Of a stretch of 64,000 bases of DNA, positions 60,910 to 64,000 are shown piece by piece (the stretch's first letter is position 1; each line of letters opens with the position of its first letter). Both the position numbers and the translations under genes were made by a program. This DNA is from Bilabrum cf. latius. Taxonomy: Eukaryota. The notes under the pieces are model-generated. The model was not told the DNA's origin. It was given only the letters and a program-made list of their open reading frames with translations, and did no database searches. The stretch is from the NCBI GenBank assembly GCA_965178125.1, contig OZ237737.1, positions 248,001 through 312,000 on the forward strand, read 5' to 3'.

Positions 60910-61151
60910 CATCGCAGCATTTAAGCAATAGTCCGATCATACGTGCACACATGCTTGCACAGTCCAGCGTGCTGGACTCGAGCGAGCAGCACTGCAGATC
61001 CCGTCGTCTTCCTAGTCGAGGCTGCTGAAGCCCCACCCCTGCAACAGTAGTGCTTGGCTCCTGCCCTGCTGTGCTTGCGAGTCGCAGCTGATCGCATCCA
61101 TGCCTGCTAGCACCGCCCCAATACAGTCGTACGCATCATAATCCACTGACC

Positions 61152-61809
61152 ATGCAGCGGTGCATCGTGGCGGACTCGCTCAACGGCTTCTTCTCACACA
61201 ACGGCAGGAACCACGCGGTCCGTAACAACCTCTTCCTGCAGGTATCATCGCCGGCCAACTTTGCAGGATCCTTCGAGTGGGGCAAACTGGAGAGCGAGTT
61301 CCAGGCACAGCTCGCCTCTGTGCCCTGAAGTAGCCGTGTGGGCCGCGCGATACCCGGACCTGGCCACCATATTGGCCAACCAGACCCAGCGGCAGTACAA
61401 CGTCGCCCTGCCGCGAAGGATCAGCGTGGGACTCAACCTGGCCTACAACAACACGGAGCTCAACGCGTGGGAGGTCGTCCACGGCGGATGGGAGCCAGCG
61501 CAAGACGGGGTGTGGAGTAGCAAGGGAGGCTTCCGAGACCCGAGGTACTGCGTGGGGTGCGTGCTGGGCCAATCGGCAGAGGCCAAGTGCAACGGGTGCT
61601 TCACCACCTGGGCCAACTTCGGGATACCCGGCAACCAGTCCTCACCCTTCGCGTGCTCGGATCCACTCGGCCAGCTCAACTTTACCCTGAGGCAGGATGC
61701 CCCTGTATGGAAGCACGGGTGGGAGAGGATCCCACAGGAGGCCATCGGGCCGAACGGTGTCGTGTCGGCCTGCTGCGAGAGGGCTGATCGGTTGGCTGCA
61801 CCGTCTTGA
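61152..61809 (+). pseudogene. C-terminal fragment of a right-handed parallel beta-helix protein, 5'-truncated and frameshifted
   Basis: HNGRNHAVRNNLF...LASVP ends at TGA 61326, then WAARYPDLA...GFRDP...NFTLRQDAPVWKHGWERIPQEAIG continues in another frame. There is no room upstream for the N-terminal part. Confidence 0.5.
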
Positions 61810-62015
61810 GGTGCTTTTCACTTGCTCCAGGATACAGGGCTGCCATGCTGGTGAAATGGTTACGTACCAAGAGAATAGCTTTACCGAAGGATCCACGGCT
61901 CAAAGTTGTCACATGTCATGCTCGAAGTCGCTGGTCGGGCGTGCTTGGCAGCCCCGGCCAGCGTGAACCCTGCGGTTGCGTGCACAGCTTCTTCGACTAC
62001 ACTACCATCCAAGCC

Positions 62016-64000
62016 TCAGATCTGCTCATGGTCAGAGTCCTCCTCGGGACCCTCATCGTGCGACTCGTCCACCTCCGCCTCCAATCCCGCGCTGTTCTCA
62101 TCAGCAATCGCATCCTCCAAAACATCCTCCCTTTCAATGCCCTCCATCTCCTCCAGGCTCGAGACACCCCCGGCAGGATCTGCTCCCTCGACCTCCGAGC
62201 CGTCGTCGGCAAGCCTCGCATTGCCGCTTGCGTCATGACCTCTGCCCTAGTCGCCTTCCTTGCCATCTGCTCCCCCCGCGCCCGCTTCGCCGTTCATGGA
62301 GCTGCGCATCCCTTCCACCGCTGCCTGGAACTAGTCAAGCTGCCAGCTCGGCCCAACCTCAAAATCGTCGTCCATGATACTGAGCTGCTCCAGCTCACTC
62401 ACGAGGTGCTCTTTCTCCACTGTATTCAACAAGAGTGCCGCGTCGATCTTGTCCGCTGCACGGACCAGCAACTCAGCTGCTGCCTCAGCAAAGTCTTCCT
62501 CCAGTATGCCTTCCGTGATTCCGTCGCTGAGACAACTGATAGTCCCGAGCTGGAAGGCTTCCCTGTACGACTCCACCGGCATGGTCGAAAGGTAGTTGGC
62601 GACAACGAATGTGGCCTCTTTGCGAACGCTCGGATCCTCCTCTTTCTCTCTGACGATTTCAATCGCGGCCTGCAGGGCACCCTCGTCCACCAGCTGGTGG
62701 GCCTGCTCGGGGGTCCCGGCAGCAACATTGCTCAGCGCCCACATTGACTCACGTCGCAAGGATACCTGCGGGTAGCCCATGCATTTCATCAGCAGGTCGA
62801 TGGCGCCGTGCTGCAGGGCGGCATTAGTAGGCTCAACGTTGCCTGACACCAGATCGGAAACGAATCTCTGCATCGCGGTGATCACCTATCGCGGCGGACC
62901 CGCTCCCGAGCTATCACTGCCGCCACTGGAGGAACCCGATCGCCCGGACGAGGACCCGGCCTTGGATCCCGCTCGAGCAGAAGCGGGGTTCACCTCTCCG
63001 TACTGGTCGAAGAGGGCCTGCATGCAGCCCATCAGGGCCTGGTGCAGCCCAGCCTCGATCACAGCCTCTATCTGCTTCTCGTCATTGTCGTTTTGAACGA
63101 GGTACTTGCAGGCCCAAACGACATCTGAGAGCATCTCCGTGTCCAGTGGTCGTCTTCTGCACAGCCCAGCCAGGGTTGTGGCGATCGGCAGGACATGTTC
63201 AAGAGGACGGCTAGGTCTAGCCCTGCGTAATATGCTGAGTAGGGCACTAGCAGGGCACTATAATATGCATTGATTCCCGTACGACTTCGTTCGGAGCACA
63301 TTGAGTCTAGCTGATTTCTGTACAAGCATGGCTCGAAGCAACTGATGGCGCGGACGGGTGTACCGTAGTCAAATACAAAATGAAACCCACCTGCACATGT
63401 TGGACAGCGCCCATGATGCATTTCGCAGCACATTTGTGGAGGCATCTGGATTATTCAGCAAGGCCAGCAGTGGAGGCAGCGCGCCGTCTTCCACGAGGCG
63501 GTCATGCGCCTCGACCCCGTCGCCCGCGAGATTGCCCACCGCCCACGCGCACTGCTCCTGGACCTCAGCGTGCGGGTTGCGCATTCCGTCGATGAGAGAC
63601 GTGGCTGCACCCGACTCCATGATGGCTGCGGAGTTCTCCGAATCACCGCTGGCGATGTTGGTGAGCGCCCATGCCGCCTCGAACTGCTGCCTTGGGTTGG
63701 TATCGTCGCGCAGCAGCTCAACGAGCAGAGGGATAGCGCCCAGTCTGCACGTCTCTTTGACGGGCGGGCTGTCTACTGCGTGGCAGCTGAGGCATTCGAG
63801 CATGGGCGTGGACTGTCCTGGCCTCGTTCGCCGCCTTCGAGTATAAGGTAGAACTAGCAGCGCTAGCACACTCGCATCGCACGTAGCACCTTCTTACCTA
63901 CGCTCAGCAATCGCCGGATATCATGGACGGCTTGCAATAGAATTTGCGGGTCGCTGCATACTCGTAGTGTGGAAACCAACATTGGCAGCAAGTCAACCTG
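62016..64000 (-). CDS. Second, divergent importin alpha paralogue (5' end outside window), multi-exon
   Basis: IRRLLS...[57 protein letters not shown] 62886, 62331 and ~62247; ends TGA. Confidence 0.85.

Noticed and set aside
1492-62747. Long antisense or alternative-frame ORFs (e.g. 1492-2658 -, 21146-22507 +, 30301-32190 -, 37990-39357 +, 57645-59225 -, 61806-62747 +)
   Set aside because: Shadow ORFs caused by high GC3 opposite recognisable genes; no motifs.
1-64000. Mass pseudogenisation or sequencing error as the cause of the internal stops
   Set aside because: Interruptions are almost exclusively TAG, frames are preserved, and housekeeping genes retain intact motifs. Decay or error would also produce TAA, TGA and frameshifts.
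1-64000. Ciliate-type code (TAA and TAG both Gln), or TGA reassignment
   Set aside because: No in-frame TAA was seen inside coding exons, TAA terminates four genes, and TGA is the usual terminator at ends consistent with homology.
1-64000. TAG as pyrrolysine, Leu, Glu or Tyr
   Set aside because: The most informative conserved columns (GH56, ALDH6A1, Apa) are Gln. TAG is too widespread for Pyl and no pyl genes are present. Some variable sites align with E or D, so a formal test is still needed.
1-64000. TAGs removed by tiny introns
   Set aside because: Homology runs codon for codon across the TAG sites I could align, with no consistent flanking GT donors. The real introns seen are roughly 90-310 nt, mostly with CAG acceptors. 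U-to-C RNA editing cannot be excluded from DNA alone but is less parsimonious.
1-64000. tRNA-Gln(CUA), other RNA genes, eRF1 or transposons
   Set aside because: None recognisable by eye in this window; tRNAscan-SE/Infernal and genome-wide searches are needed.

Overview
Gene-dense, GC-rich eukaryotic (protist-like) nuclear DNA with about 26 protein-coding loci, short GT-AG introns concentrated near gene 5' ends, and several head-to-head gene pairs whose start codons are only ~120-210 bp apart. The main result is that this genome appears to use a non-standard code in which TAG (UAG) is a sense codon, most likely glutamine, while TGA and TAA remain stops (equivalent to NCBI table 15). My manual count gives roughly 90 in-frame TAGs in 22 genes. 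Several fall on conserved Gln positions: GH56 NGGIP-Q, ALDH6A1 FxT-Q and Ap4A phosphorylase S/T-Q-xxxHLQ. No gene model needs TAG as its terminator. The standard-code ORF track is therefore fragmented. Reading TAG as Gln gives intact genes: DEAD-box helicase (3' end), OSBP-related protein, HAL-like/His-tRNA synthetase fusion, NuSAP-like protein, GH56 hyaluronidase-EGF-granulin, a ~2,450-aa orphan, BSD/SYAP1-like protein, arylsulfatase with ricin-like tail, two importin-alpha paralogues, ALDH6A1, FMN reductase, NUDT16-like, NDUFAF8-like, SLC26 transporter, HxGH nucleotidyltransferase, Ap4A phosphorylase, cystathionine gamma-synthase/lyase, an Upf1-like helicase with three LOTUS-like repeats (frame broken by a 40-bp tandem expansion), PSMA1, TMCO1 and a long coiled-coil protein. 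Family assignments come from motif recognition by eye, not database searches. In the text below, * marks an in-frame TAG.
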